DNA from: Bugula neritina
Taxonomy: Eukaryota; Animalia; Bryozoa
Direction: 5' to 3'
DNA length: 64,000 bases
Assembly: GCA_964035545.1 (NCBI GenBank)
Contig: OZ037768.1
Span: 12,308,741 to 12,372,740, forward strand
This document shows, in pieces, positions 37,301-52,300 of the stretch. The translations under genes and the position numbers were made by a program. The notes under the pieces were generated by a model that did not search any database, was not told the origin of the DNA, and saw only the letters and a program-made list of their open reading frames with translations. How positions within the stretch are numbered: the stretch's first letter is position 1; each line of letters starts with the position of its first letter.

Positions 37301-40300
37301 TATAGCCCAAGTTTATGAATAATATAATTGCATTATGTTATGTTGTTGAGTATGTGTGGAGAGTTTGAGTTGGTAGAGAGGTCACATCTGCTCTGCTACA
37401 TTCAGGTGATGGGGAAATGATCCGCTCATCCTTTTTATTTATGGCCTTCACAACTAATGGGATTTACTATGACTCTGAGATTAATGAATTTAATTCTTAG
37501 CTGTTGGTGAGATGAAAGAGAGTTTTCAGAACATAAATGTATGTTTCAGTAGTTTATATATTCAAGAATCTGAAAGATGTTCCTAAAAATAGTAGCAATA
37601 CTTATGATTATTAGGAAGTGGGTATATAAATTTTATTTTGTAGTGGGATAGACTCGAGAAAGAAGAAAAAGTGGGCAGACCGTAGAGGTGAAGACAGCGG
37701 AAATGGGACAGACTGGAAAAGTGAAGCAGGAAGTATATCTGGCGCTAAGTTCATACAAACCCCTCTCTGTGATAACGACGACGATGACGAAATGGAGCTT
37801 TCACAGTATGTAACACATCATCAGGGCTACCATAAATACATGTATTATATGCTTTTACACTGTTCATGTAATAAAATCCATAAGAAATAGTGCATGCTTA
37901 TTTGCTTTACAAGTGGTTTTTGAAAAATACTTCGCCATTTATTGAATTTGAAATTTGAAAATAAAATCAACTTAAGATGGTTTTCTTTCCATGATTGATC
38001 ACAGCATAGTGAGGGTAACGTGGGAGGAGTGGGTCAACAGAATGCTATGTAGATATGTTCCATTACACTAAATTTATACTGTTTTACAGCAAATCTAGAA
38101 GTTGTCATAGCGATAATTATGGCATTCATCACTATGTAGATGTAATATGACTAAACACTAGAGATAACAAAATTTTTTTAAAAGGCGACTTATACCCAAC
38201 TGTCAGACCAATGAAAGTAACGAACACTTTTAAGGTCTTAAATAAAAACTTAAATATAACAAATTTGTAATACATTTGTTTGTGTACACTTCTGGTATAA
38301 AATTGAATTGTTTATCTTTGTAGATCAACCTGGGATATCTTTCAGACAATTCCTAGAGAACGGAAAAGTAACAGCGAGACGAGTTTGATGGTATTGAAGG
38401 CTATTAAGGTGCTTATGTACGGTTTCCTGTTTATCATGGTACTGGGCACAGCTGTTATGGCCAAGTTTTCATTCATTGTGTTGACCACCAACACCGGAAT
38501 CAACAAGCTCAAAGTGGACTTCGAAAAGGTACGGCTAAAATTTTCTCAGCTTTAAAATTCATTGTACAAAGATTGTGACTGGGTGTTTATAATATACATA
38601 AAAACTGTATTTTGCACTTGGGTTATAGTTGTAAATAAATATATGGTGCTTAGAATCTGCATGCATTCAATTCTGTTGAATAATGAGCTTGTATTTTAAT
38701 TTACATGTATAATTGTCTACTAGACTAGCAAATAGTGTATAAAGTGCAACTCTTGTTAAATTAGAAAATTAATTGATAGAAATTCACATTATGGCTGTCT
38801 ATATATTGCATTTGCACTGTATTATTTTTTCCCGAGGCAATGTGATAACGGTATATATGTAATGCTTTGAACGCAGTGTGCAGTGTACAGTGTACAGTGT
38901 ACATTGTAGATACTAGTATATTAAGTGTATCCTCAACAGCTGTGGATGTTGTTTCATATAACTTGTAGTTAGCCACCAGCTATCAGAAGCACGGACTAGC
39001 AGAAGGTGATGCAGAAGATATTGAACAGTACCACATGGAGATCAGAAATACAGCAGTCACTCTGCTCATGATAGCTTTGATCATCCCAGAGTTTCTTGTT
39101 TTTCTCAGCCATTTCTTTAAGTCTCTATTTGGCAGTCAGCCATGGCCGACTATGAGAATTGTGTTGATGGTATGTACCAACTCACATGGTGGGTTTAGAA
39201 ATAAGGGCTTAGTCAGGACACATTATTTACTTGTGGCTGTTCTATTGCTAAATTGACCTTAGAAATAATGATTTTCCAATTAATAACTTTTGACTTGTAT
39301 TTCATTATACATGGTGAACATTGAGCAATATATTATTGTTCACAATATTTGAATATGCCATTATATTCCAATACATTTGGTAGAATTTTCTTAATTATTT
39401 CTGGGCGGATGCAAACATTCCTTATAACTGACTGTAGAGTATAGACAATAGATTTGTACCGCACACAGAGCTATGAAATCTAACATCTGAAATCTAGCAT
39501 TGTCACTAACTGCAAGGTGACAGATTACATGCCAGCAGAATGCAAAAAACAGTTGAATTTGTGATTTGAATAAATAGAAATGTCTGAATTTAGCAGAATT
39601 CTCTGTAGTATGTTAGTGTACAATATGCTAGAGACAATAAGTAATATCTGTATCATAAAAGAGTAAATTGTAGGGGCCATATTATCAGACTGTGTGAGAT
39701 ATTTTTTGCATGGAAATCCACTTGCGCAAAGCGATTAATTATGATCATAAATTCGTAATCTTGAAAAGATGTGGCTGCTTATCTATCTGTATACTGTATC
39801 CTTCTTTAATATTATCTTACTCAATATTTTAATCTAGCATCATTCATGTTCTCCAGTGTTATGAATTATTTTAACTCGCCATAAATGCTGTCTCTTCTCT
39901 CCTTCACTCGAACGTATAATGCAAAGTTTTGTAGCATTATTTCAATCTTTGCTATTGTGTCTGACTGCGGTAGTGGGTTTTTTGGAATTTCCTCAACAAG
40001 TCAAAGAAGCAAAAATTCAAACATAAATTTATTTTTATGGCTCCGGTATACTGAAAGTGTCAAAATCTCTTAAAATATCAGGTATAATAAAGATCAACAA
40101 AATACGGCACGTTTAATGAGTTTGCATTTATACCTTTTATGGAAGTTAGTGTGAAGTGCCAGAACTCTTGTCTTGTCTACCTTTGATATATATGGTGATA
40201 ATTGTTTTGCTTCATCACCTCTACACTCACCGTTGTGACTACTTTCATAATGCCAACACCCTTCTTTGTTAGCTCGCCACAAATTTAAAATAATTTTGTC

Positions 40301-43300
40301 ATCTAAATTAAAGAATAAATAGGTTAGACATATCAGCTGTAACCAATATTCTTAGTGCATGAATTTATTTAAAAGCCATACAATAGATTACTTTGACTTG
40401 ATTTATATTTAGCAAGTCAAGTGTAGATTAAGAACATTGTGATATTTTTAGCTTTCTTCTGCAGATTAGACATATATTACTGAGAGATTAATTATCTCAT
40501 ATTAAACCAGACCTCTAGTTTATTAGAAAGAAGACAAAGCAATGCTGTACTGAATACTTGTATGTCTACAGAGTCTCATCATAAGTGCGTTGGAGACATT
40601 TGGACAATGCCTACTGGTGTTCAAAGTGCTGCCGTCCATAGACATCGTGCGAGGTACAATGTTGCTGAGCTGCATAGGGTTTTTACCCGGAATCACTCGG
40701 ATCATATTTGGCAAAGAAAGTCGGAAGGCAAGGTTCCCCTTACGTGAGTATGATTTTTGATTAAGCTATTTTTGTTTAGAACCAATTTGTTATTTCCACT
40801 TTCCAATTTCCACCACCTGGGAAAGGAAAAAAAGTTTACTAATTTTCTTGTCTATAATCATTGTACTAACAGCTTCCTTCCAGTTTTATTAAAAAATAAT
40901 TTTACTTTATTTAACATTTTTCTGGTATTACCTCATTTCAATACATAGTTTCTGTTAAAAATAATTACCATTTAACCATTAAACCTAATTATACCGTTTG
41001 ATAGCAAGTACCTGGTAGTAAGTTCTTGGTTAAGCAAAGCAGTGAATATATAATTAAGGGCGGACGCATTATTATTACATTTAAAATTGATGTTTCTCTT
41101 CTTTTATGATCCTGTAGTACTAGTAAAAGGATATACATGGCATGTATAACCAGTTTGTTTGTGTTTAAAGCTGCTATTGCTAAATGTAATCAACCTCGCA
41201 CTTGTATTTTGTTTAATAGCAAGGAAGATAATCCTAGTTATAGCTGTGGTTCTGCAGCTAACTGGACCTGCGGCTGTACTGATGTTTAGTTACGGGTGGC
41301 AGGTAGCAAGTCCCTCTACATCAAGCAATAATCGGTTCATGAATTTCTTTTCAAGAGAGCCAGCGCAATGGACTATGGACTCACTGAACCAGCTTGGTAA
41401 CATAATATTGCTGCTGCATATACATATTCCTATGATACTTAATATTCTGTAATCCAGGAATATTAAGGTTTTTTCAAGTATAATGGTTATTAATTGGGTA
41501 ATAAAATGGCTCTTGCAACTTTACATACTTATGTAATCGCTATAAGATTCTTACTTTTTTGTTAAACTAAAGCACTGAATATTGCATGTTTATAGCTGCT
41601 TGAATCGTGTTTTAGCACTAAACTGGGAAGTCATCTTTGCTGTCTTCTTAACTAACCTAAGCTGGTGTGAAAACTTCTTGGAGAAGAACCTTACAATCTG
41701 TGGTAAGAATTAGTGACCACCTCTATTATTAGAAATGTACACAGCATATCCTTAGCGGGATAATAGCTACAGACATTTAATACTCTGACAATTAATCTCT
41801 CTGAAGGTGATTTATGGCTAATCTTTCTAAAATCCAAGATTAACCAGTGGCAAGTGGTGACTGCCTTATTTACAGCATTCTAATATTTATTATTACCATA
41901 GCGAAACTTGTGTCTAAGACAATGATAAACCTTGCAAGCTCTGCTAAGAGAAGACAAGTTGGTGCCAACTAACTAATCCTCTTTACACTCAACTTCTCAA
42001 CATTGATCTAAAGTTTAAGTTTTGAAACTCTCACTTATATAGACAACAAATCTTGTAGAATTGCTTTATTTTTTTTCAGGTAAAAACCTGAATGTGTGCA
42101 AGCTAAAGGCAATGCTACACACAGTTAGGCAGAAGACGTATGCGTTTCTCCCTCTCTGGAAGATCATGTTTATCTTTGTATTTGCCTTTGCACTGGTGCC
42201 AGATTTCAGACTACAGATTAAACGGCTTGACTTTAAGATGAGAACTGATCCAGCTTTAGGTAAGCGTCTCAACTGTGTGTCTTGTTTGCTCTTACACAAC
42301 CAACACTCTACCTCCAATCCTGTGCAACCACCTGCCACTTACTTGTGTGTTTATAAGTTCTCCTTGCCTCATTAACTTAGAAAAATCTTTGTATTCCAAG
42401 CCTAAACATTATGTTGCTATGCAAATTTTCTGTCTCTAAATGTGCAAACATGCTCTATTATAATTAATCCTTGTATTATTATATTATTCCCTGTAGTTAC
42501 AGCTGTAGATACAGAAGTAGTTACAGCTGTAGTTACTTCTGTGTCTACAGCTGTAGTTAAAACTTTCGTTACAAGTATAGTTTGTCTGACGGTATTACTA
42601 AAGGGCTAATTGGTGTAAAATATATCACACTTTTTAACTAATACCACCTTCATGATATCAGCCTGTGTACTACGTATTCGCATTCCACAATGTAGCTGAA
42701 GAGTTGGTGTTTCTGTACGTCAATCAGCTTTACTTCACTTATTCATTTTTTGCAGATGCTGAAGCCAGTTTTAAGAATAAGACAGTGACTAGGGGAGAAA
42801 AGCTCATTAGTCAAATATCACCGTTGATAGTCAGTGATGTGCAGAGGTTGGGCAACCAAGGGCACAAGAATCTCACAGAGTCTATCAAGAATGAAATCAA
42901 GAAGATTTACGTAGCTAAAGATGAGGATGGCTTGGAGAGACATCCAAAGCATTTCCTTGATATTCCGTAAGCTTGATATTTAGCGCTAAGTGACAGTAAT
43001 TTGGCATATCAATATGTTTCTCAACTGGCCCTCGTATTTGAAAGTGACACGAGTGACTTTGAGAATGTAAAGTGTAAACATCTAAAGCTAATCTGTTGTA
43101 GTTTACTAAGTGGTTGCGAATGAAACCGTAATTTGAAATACACATATGGTAATATTCATTGCGATTAGAAACTAGTTGTCACACATTGGTCACCTGTGAA
43201 AACTTTACTTATGGTAGACTGGTGTTAATATAATGATATATCATCGCTCATTTTTCTAACCAATGTGCGAGAAGTTGAGTAGTTCATGCATAAGGAAATT

Positions 43301-46300
43301 CTTCTGTTAGCTATGTTCTGGGTGGTTTGGAGGAAGCGTTGCGTTGGGTTAATTTCACAAAAGGAAAAGCGTAGTAAACTTACTCGTATTACACTCTTAA
43401 ACTGAGCAATTCCCAGCATGACTCAGGGCTTACTAGCAGTTTACTCAGTGCATAATTGTGGTAATGCGGAACAAATCAAGGCAATAATATCCATAGACCC
43501 GTACATGCTTTCAAACTGTTAGTATGTGATCCTTTTCAAGTATAAAAACTTCATATGTGAAAATATCTGGTACTAAACCTAAAGATATCCTCACAGTGAT
43601 ACACCAGTTATATTGCTTTGTATCTCTATCATAATGTAATGAGTTTCTTTTAAATACTGACTACAAAATACTAGTGAAGATGCTACGTGTTATGCCGTGT
43701 AACTTATCTTTTAATCTGATGTTGTTAGAACTGATCCTGAGGCTAATGTAGGCCAGGCTCTCAAGCAGATGTACATCAACGCTGTGGAGACTGGAGACGA
43801 GTTCCGACACTTTGCAATAGAGACTCTGAATGCATTGCAAGATGTCAAGGAGTTTGGCAGAGACACTAAAGTGGTGCTGGAGGTAAATAAGTAGAATCAT
43901 CTCTATGTGTATGTATATAGGTAATCAACCAGCACCTCTTTTTACGATAACATATTCTCAGAAGTTAATCAACTGATGGTTAATAAGTGAGGTAGGTGCA
44001 GTAATGAAGAATTTGAGAAAATCCTGTGTTCTAGATTAGAAATGTAGCAAAAGAGGTTATGTTCTCGCAAGAATTTCAACTTGAGCTCCAAACCAACGTT
44101 TAATAAGGAAATTAAAGAACTTAGACTATCTCAATTTCTCCACTACTGCTCCTAAGTGTAATAAATATATGATGACCTTGCGTATAGCCATGTTTCAATA
44201 GGATAGTTGTTGTCGGCGTAATAATACTATTGTGACATCATTTTATGTTACACAATAGCTAGCCATCATGGTGTCACCTTAACTCTTCTCATTTTGTATA
44301 TGCTTTAGGATTACAAGAAGTTTATCAAATCAGCTGACAAGCCGGGGCATGTGATCTTTGAATACATCAAACAGTGGCTGGAGGAATATTGGCATTTCAT
44401 CATTCTATTAGTTGCCTCAATGACCTGCTCCTATTTTGCAAAGCTGTCATGTAAACTCTGCATGCAGTTTGCTGGTTTCTCAGTTCCTCTGCTACTTGCC
44501 ACTCCCTGCACGGTGAGATGTCTTATTTAGTTTACTGATTGTTATCACGATTTATGAATATATGTTTATATTTGCAATATTTGCTGCTTGGTATGCACTG
44601 TTTAGACACGTGCTAAGTCGCTGTGCTAATGTCTGGCAGATGGCAATTGTGGTATGCAATGTTATCAGTCTCCAACACTATTTCCATTTTTATACAATTT
44701 GTCATTTGCTGTCCACCGACAATTAACATATGAATCTTGTTTAGTAAACTAGTGCTAACTGAAGCTAACCTAGTTTTACACATAGTCTGGTGCATAGTTT
44801 TACACAGTCTGGTACTTTGCTTTTAGATACTGCTATTGTACCTGCAATGCACAAAGTATCTGCTCCCTGGCTACACTCAATGGATATGCATGGAAGAAAA
44901 TACATCCAGTGACATTTTCTACTTTACTCTGGGATTGGGCATTCTATGGTGGATCTCTCAGATGATTATTGTCTCCCATGTATGGAATCCTTGCAAGGAA
45001 CGTTTGGCCCGCACAGACAAGTATGTCTGCTATTCAGTAAAGGAATGAATAACGTTGACCATTTGTATTATTGCATTCTGCGTTATACTATTTATAGTAT
45101 TGGGATTTTTATTTCCACAGTGTTTTTAACAGATTTTAATGTAGGTTTTGCTTTAAGATGTGATTGTTTTCTTGTAGGTTATTTGTTGTGCCGGGATTCT
45201 CCATGACCATGATAGAACAGTCTTTGCTGTACAACAGAAGGAGGAATGACAGTGAAGTGGTAGTGACGGGTGTAGATAATCATGTTGATTATATTGGTAT
45301 GTACGTCTCTGTTTATAGTCGTTTCAGAACGTGTGGGACAACTACCTCATTACTCTGTATTTACTCTGCTATAGTTTGATAATTGGTGTTTATCAACAAT
45401 AATAAATTTTTGTTATCTTCTTGTAGCTCACATATTTTTATTCATTTGCTACCAACTACTGTTGGCTACTACCAGACCACTGCTTTTACAGATCTCCTGG
45501 TGATTTCCTTCATACGGAGACCGTCTCTCTCCTGCAGCTGTTTTATATTTAGCTTGAGGATCTTGAAGCATATATTGAACTATATATTGATCTTACAGGG
45601 ATGGATAGCAGTGTAGATGGCAGTTCCATGTCTCTCAATAGTAGGAGACACACAGAGGATACGTACTATGAATATAACGTACCTAGGATACACGCTGTAG
45701 CCACCATGTGGCACGAAACCCGTAATGAGATGACTCAGTTACTCAAGTCTATCTTCAGAATGGACAGTGATCAGAGCGCCAGACGTAATGCTCAAAAGTA
45801 CTTTGGCATCAGAGACCCTGACTACTACGAGTTTGAAGGTTTGTTTATTCGAGATCGGACTAGATTGAGTTTTAATGCTCTCAGTAAATCAAGTAGCTCT
45901 TTTTCATCAAATAAATCAAGTAGTTTTTGCATGGTTAGTACAGCACTGTGTCGCTCGCTGTTACAATACAATATATCTGCTTTTAGCCCACATCTTGTTT
46001 GACGATGCGCTGGAGTTCAATGATGAAGAAGAACGAGTTCCCAACAGCTTTGTGGTGACGCTGTGTGAAGTTATAGACTTGGCTGCGTCATCAGTGCACG
46101 AGACGGCTGTGTCCAACCCTCCCCCGACTCGTATTCCAACGCCCTATGGAGGGCAGCTGAAGTGGACCCTGCCTGGTGGAACCATTCTTACTGCTCATAT
46201 CAAGGACAAAGACAAGATAAGACACAAGAAGCGTTGGTCGCAGGTAATTAAACATGCATACTGAAATAGATAGTCTGGTATTGCTATGTCTGTGTTGACT

Positions 46301-49300
46301 GCAGGTGTTTTGTGTCGGCTATTCCATGTCACACACTTTTGTTGTGTTGTACAACTCTGCTCTCTATCCTTTTCTTTGATGTTTTCAAACCAAAGCATTT
46401 TTATTTTTTATTTACGGGCTGCTATAGTTTATAATTATGGACCCATTGGTTTATTTCATGGGCTCACAGCTGTTTTCTGAGTTGAATGATTTAGAGCTTC
46501 CACTTTATAAATTTCTTAGTTTGTATTATAGTCACTTGTTTGTTAACAATATATGCCATTATATTTTGTTATTCTGTTGAGCTATTACTATCACTAATAT
46601 TTAAATTCTACTATTTTTGCCAGGTGATGTACATGTACTACTTGTTGGGATACAAAATGATATGCGAAGACGATGACTACGTGATGAGAACGCTGAGAAG
46701 TGGACCTGGTAAACACATTAGTTGGGCTAAAACTGCTACTAAAAGTCAAAAACGGAGAAAGACAACTCACTACACCAAGTCTGATGTGTTTGACGTGATG
46801 GGAGAAGATTTTCATGTCAAAGTAGGTTTATTTAAAATAAATGACTTTGATCTAGATGTTTTCGAAACAAAAATACCTCCAAGCATAGTTGATATTGGTT
46901 AGTTTTGTGGCAATAGCTGTAGCTTAATATTTTTCTGTGTGCTGTTGCTCAACATACATCTAAACAAATATTGCAATTAATCCACATAAGCTGATCTAAG
47001 CTTATTTCTACTGTTAAATCTCTTCTACTGAATAACCAGATGCAGTAAAGGTACATATCTACTGCTATCAGTACTTACAACTGTTTAGTGATACTCTCTT
47101 CTCTCTTGCAGGCTGAAAATACGTTTCTGCTAACTCTGGATGGAGATGTGGATTTTAAACCAGATGCTGTGAGACTTCTTATGGACAGGATGAAGAAGAA
47201 CAAGAAAGTTGGCGCCGCCTGCGGTAGAATTCATCCAATTGGATCAGGTAAAACTAATGTTTTAGACTAACAAATTTCAAGATATAATACTGGTTAAGTA
47301 AAAATAGGTATTGGTGCAAAAATGCCAAATTAACTTAAAAACTAGTTTCTACAGTATTGTCTTTGATACAATTATAATTGTTATAGGAAAATTGCATCAG
47401 TGGGTGCTGGCAGTGCTTGGACAGTTGATTGTCATAAAGCGTTCAGCTCATTGTGTCCATATTTCTGAATATTCTCATGGCAATATTTGCAGGGCCAATC
47501 ATATGGTTCCAGATGTTTGAATACGCTTGTGGCCATTGGCTGCAAAAGGCAGCAGAGCATGTGTTTGGTTGTGTTCTTTGTGCTCCTGGCTGCTTCTCCT
47601 TGTTCAGAGGTTCGGCCATGATGGATGACAATGTGATGAACACTTACACGTCACAGGCTTCTAAGGCGTCTGAGTTTGTTCAGTATGATCAGGGTAAGCT
47701 ATGTCTAATCCAACCTAAATCTGCGGGAAGTTATTCATACAAAGCTGTTGAATGGGATCAGCTAGAGGCTAAATATTGTGTCATCCTCTTAGACTTCATT
47801 ATAAACATATTTTATTACTAATCTGACATTCATGTCTGCCTTAAAGGAAGTCATAAACCAATGCATATGCAATAATGTTGTCCTGCATTCCGAGTATAAA
47901 TGTGAGAAAAAAGGCGTATATGACATCATCATTATTTTCAATGACAATTTGGGGTCTTCTGGTTTTTTAATATAAGAATTTCACTATCTGAAACAGTTTG
48001 AAACTCGTTCTTTTCATAAACAAGTGAAGGCTCTACTCTGCTGATATACTTCAACAGGTGAGGACAGGTGGCTGTGCACATTGCTGCTGCAACAAGGTTA
48101 CAGAGTGGAGTACTGTGCTGCTTCTGACGCCTTAACCTATGCTCCTGAACAGTTCAATGAGTTCTATAATCAGAGACGTCGCTGGGGGCCTTCCACACTG
48201 GCCAATACTATTGACCTTCTCTCTGACTCTGGAAACACGGTTATGGTGAGTATATTCATTTCATCGAGAAAATCATTCATGCTTGCCAGAGTATTGGCTA
48301 CCCTATTCCAAGTGGACTTCGATTACTTTTTATTTCAATTATTTTTCATTTTTATTTAATGGTGTGTAGGTGGTACATGTATCATGTTATTGATATCAGA
48401 TAACAAGTTTAAAACCCGATGTTTCATGTTTTTCAGGTGAATGATAACATCAGTAGAATTTACCTGCTGTACCAATTCCTAGTGTTTGCATCATCTATCC
48501 TGGGTCCAGCTACTGTGTTGTTGATGACAGCTGGAGCCTATCACACAGTATTCAGAGTGAATCTCTACTGGTCCTATGCTATAGCCATTGTTCCGCCTTC
48601 TGTTTTCATTGCCGTCTGCATTTTGATGAAGTCACATCACCAGCTGATTATAGCAGCTCTACTCAGTGCTTTCTACGCTGTCATTATGATGATAGTGCTG
48701 GTCGGAACTGCTATCAACTTTGTTTTTGAAGGATGGACGTCCCCTAACGTCATATTTGTCATGCTGCTGATAGCCGTATTTGTAATAGCGGCCATATTGC
48801 ACCCCCAAGAGTTCGAATGCATGTTGTATGGACCACTCTACTTCCTGTGTATTCCGAGTGGTTATCTGCTGCTCATAATTTACTTCCTGTGTAACATGAA
48901 TGATATCTCTTGGGGAACCCGTGAGGTTCACACGAAGAAGACAAAGGCACAACTCGAACAGGAAGAACTGGAGCGAATAGAAGCGGTGAGTTACACTGGA
49001 AACTATGTGCAGCTATTTTCAAACTATTTTATTGTGTTGTAATTTTATGTTTTTAATATTGTCTGGAAAACAATTTGAACAACTGTGTCTCACAGATTTC
49101 GCCTTTAAGGTGTAACTTAGTAGTTTAGTAATGATAGAATGATAGCAATGACCAAGAAACTAAGGGTGACTTCAACTTGTTTCAAAAACTGAATCATACT
49201 TCATATATATCACAACCTTTTCTTAGATAATAATTGTTTCCACTTTTTTTATTCAATGCTAAAGTGATAAGCACTGATGTATTTAACTTTAAACTCTGTA

Positions 49301-52300
49301 ATTATCTTAACTTTGATTTGGTTTTAGGAAAAGAAAAAGAAAGAGAATCGTTTAGTCAACAGACTCGGGATCTCCAAGATGTGCGAAGATCTGAAGGAGT
49401 TATTCTCTACTATGACTGGCTTTAGAAGTCAAGTTAATGAGACGGAGAATCAGCAGACAAAGCTTTTGCTGAAAATGTGTTCCGCTCTCGAATCTCTCCC
49501 AGACAGGATCAATGGCAAGACTCCCGCGCCGGCACCAATGGTGCTCAAGTAAGAGACAGTAATAAGCACTAAACGGTGGAGCAAGATTTATGTTATGTCA
49601 CACTTCTTAAACTTCTTTGAAAATCTACTTGAGTTTGTGTCGCATGTCAATGCACTTTGTCGCTTGCAGTGTCATAGAATACCGTTTAATTGTAACTATT
49701 TATACCTGGAGGTACTGACTAGAACGACTTTAATTTTGTATGATGTATTGTCAGCAGACTTTTTGATGAGATATATTATTTTCAGGTCTAGTGAGGCTAA
49801 AGTTGTGAAAGAACCAGAACTTATCCCAGAGTCAGAAATTCAAGAGGTGATTCATCACCACCATGATGAGGAAGAACCACAAGTTAGTTCATAGCGTTTG
49901 TTCTTTTTGACATCTTTTTATTTACAGGGTGGCATTTTTAAAAGCAACTTTTCATTTTCTGACTAACAAAATTTAGGATTCAAGTTTTGACTTGTGAGGT
50001 AATTTATTTATCTCCAATGCCAGTAACAATAAAAATAGGCTTAGTCTGCTGTAATGAATTATTTTCACATTATTCGCTTTCATTTTTCGTTGTTTTAATT
50101 TATGGCTCTGTTCAACTACCACGATGATAATTATAAATTTGACATTAATTGAAGGGCTTGTCAGTTTTGAATTATGGTAAGCTTCATATTCAAGAGTTGG
50201 AGAATTTTTGCCTTATGGTAATAGACAAAAAGTGTCAACAATATTGGATTTCAGGAAGGAGTTATTTTTATCATCCAATATAAATGCCTTTGATATGTGA
50301 CCAAGTTTTGCACCAACTCATGTAGATATTATAACATTTATGTTGCTGCTGAATTTATGTTGGGTTAAACTTAATTTTTCTAGAAGCCGAAAAGACCTCC
50401 AAGAGATGACCTAAGAAACCCGGCGTGGTTGGAAGACGAGAGACTGGGTGATGGACAGATCATGTATATCAACAAGAAGGAAGCTGTGTTCTGGAGACAG
50501 CTGATTTCTAAGTATCTCTACCCTATCACCATGGACAAGGACCAGAAGGGCAGACTTTCTGAAGAACTGAAATCACTCAGAAATAATGTAAGTACGCCTG
50601 TCATCACACACAAGTATAAGGGATTTATGATATACGAATCCTAATATTAGCTGTAGCTATTTAACTTCTGTATGACTTAAAACATTAAAGTTCATCAGGT
50701 TTCAGATCACTTAACTTGTAGTGTGTTCATTATATTGTTAGTGCTTAATGTTTATAAGTCATAAAACATAAGTTTGACATTGCATGCTGCATTTATATCA
50801 TCCAAAGCACTTTAATTCATTTGATCGGAGTTAACTTGTATACATGTATAATTAATATAAATCTTGACATTTTAGGTTGTGTTTGGTTTCTTTATGCTCA
50901 ACTTTCTTTGGATTGTCATTGTGTTCCAATTCCACCTCCTTCAGACTAGTCTCAATCAGGATTTATTCAATAAGAATGGTTAGTGAAGTCACCATGAATT
51001 AATTATTTCTATGACAAAATATTATTTATATTCATCATCCAAGATGCCATTAAAGTGACCAGAGCACCTGACATTGTTTGTCATCATTGCAGGCGGACAG
51101 CAACTGAGAAACTGCACCAGGATGTCTGAGAATGGACTCTTCATACCAATTCCTAGAGTGGATGGTACTTGTGTTGGAATTGGTATGCAGCTTGTTAACT
51201 ATTATATTGATTAGAATTCCAACCCTTGATTTTAATGGACATTCTTGTATAACTCATGAAACATTTAATAGCTTGTCTTTATTATTTTTATATTGTGAGA
51301 TATTAATTCTTTGATTTATAGTTGTTTTTGTCTAGATTATTTTTAACTGTAAACTGGCAAAGATGACTTTTTAATAGACTAAACATATAAGCTTACACTT
51401 GTTTGTTTGGGACGTTGCATGCTACCTTTCATACAGTGGACATGCATTCCTACTAAGGCTAGCTATGCAATGTAGCATGTATTTTTATTACACATATTTA
51501 TGTATTTTTGTAGAGCCCCTTTCATTTATATTTCTCCTACTCTTCACCGTCATTCTACTCACTCAATTCATTGGAATGATAGTACATAGATGGGGGACAT
51601 TCCTTCATCTCATTGCTATTACTCAGGTAGACATTTATACACATTCATGTGCCTTCAAAGTTTCTGCTTGTAAATTTGCTTTGTACAAACTACTTCTAGC
51701 TGGTAGATCTATACTAGTATGTATCTGGTAATGATTTGCAAGTGCAATTGTATAGCCAAGCTACAATAACGCCATGAGCTATATTTGTCTCTCCTCTTGA
51801 TAAATTGTTCTAATATTCTATTAATGTCATTCTGTCAACTGATGTCAAGAGTGTCTAATAATTAAAAACGGTTGAACAGTCATAATTGAATAATAATTAT
51901 ATATAAATATTGAATTATTATTCAACTGTGTGTAGATCAAATGGCCATGGGCAAGGAAGATGGGAGATCTAACCAGAGACACAATGGCTGCCATAGAACT
52001 GGTGACTCAACTTCAGAAAGTCCGAGATCTTGATCCACGGGAAAGGTTTCAGGGAGATACTGATGGGTCCTCCATATACTCTCTCAGCACCGTGGACCAG
52101 TCTCAAGCTGGAACAGCAACTGAGGCAGATTCTGAGATTCCTTCCAAACCAAGACTTCGACGTCCTAAGAAAACTACTCATCTCTCTCTTGATCGTGTGT
52201 TCAGGAAAAGATTCCATAAGCTCAAAAAAGAACTGGAGGTATGAGATTCTATGTGGTAATTTCTACCAAATGCTTGATACACATCAAATGCACAACTTGA

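Noticed and set aside
39830-40290. Possible nested minus-strand gene or pseudogene fragment in a CHS intron (coding-like stretch, GTGAGT donor)
   Set aside because: In-frame stops, no recognisable homology and no consistent exon chain.
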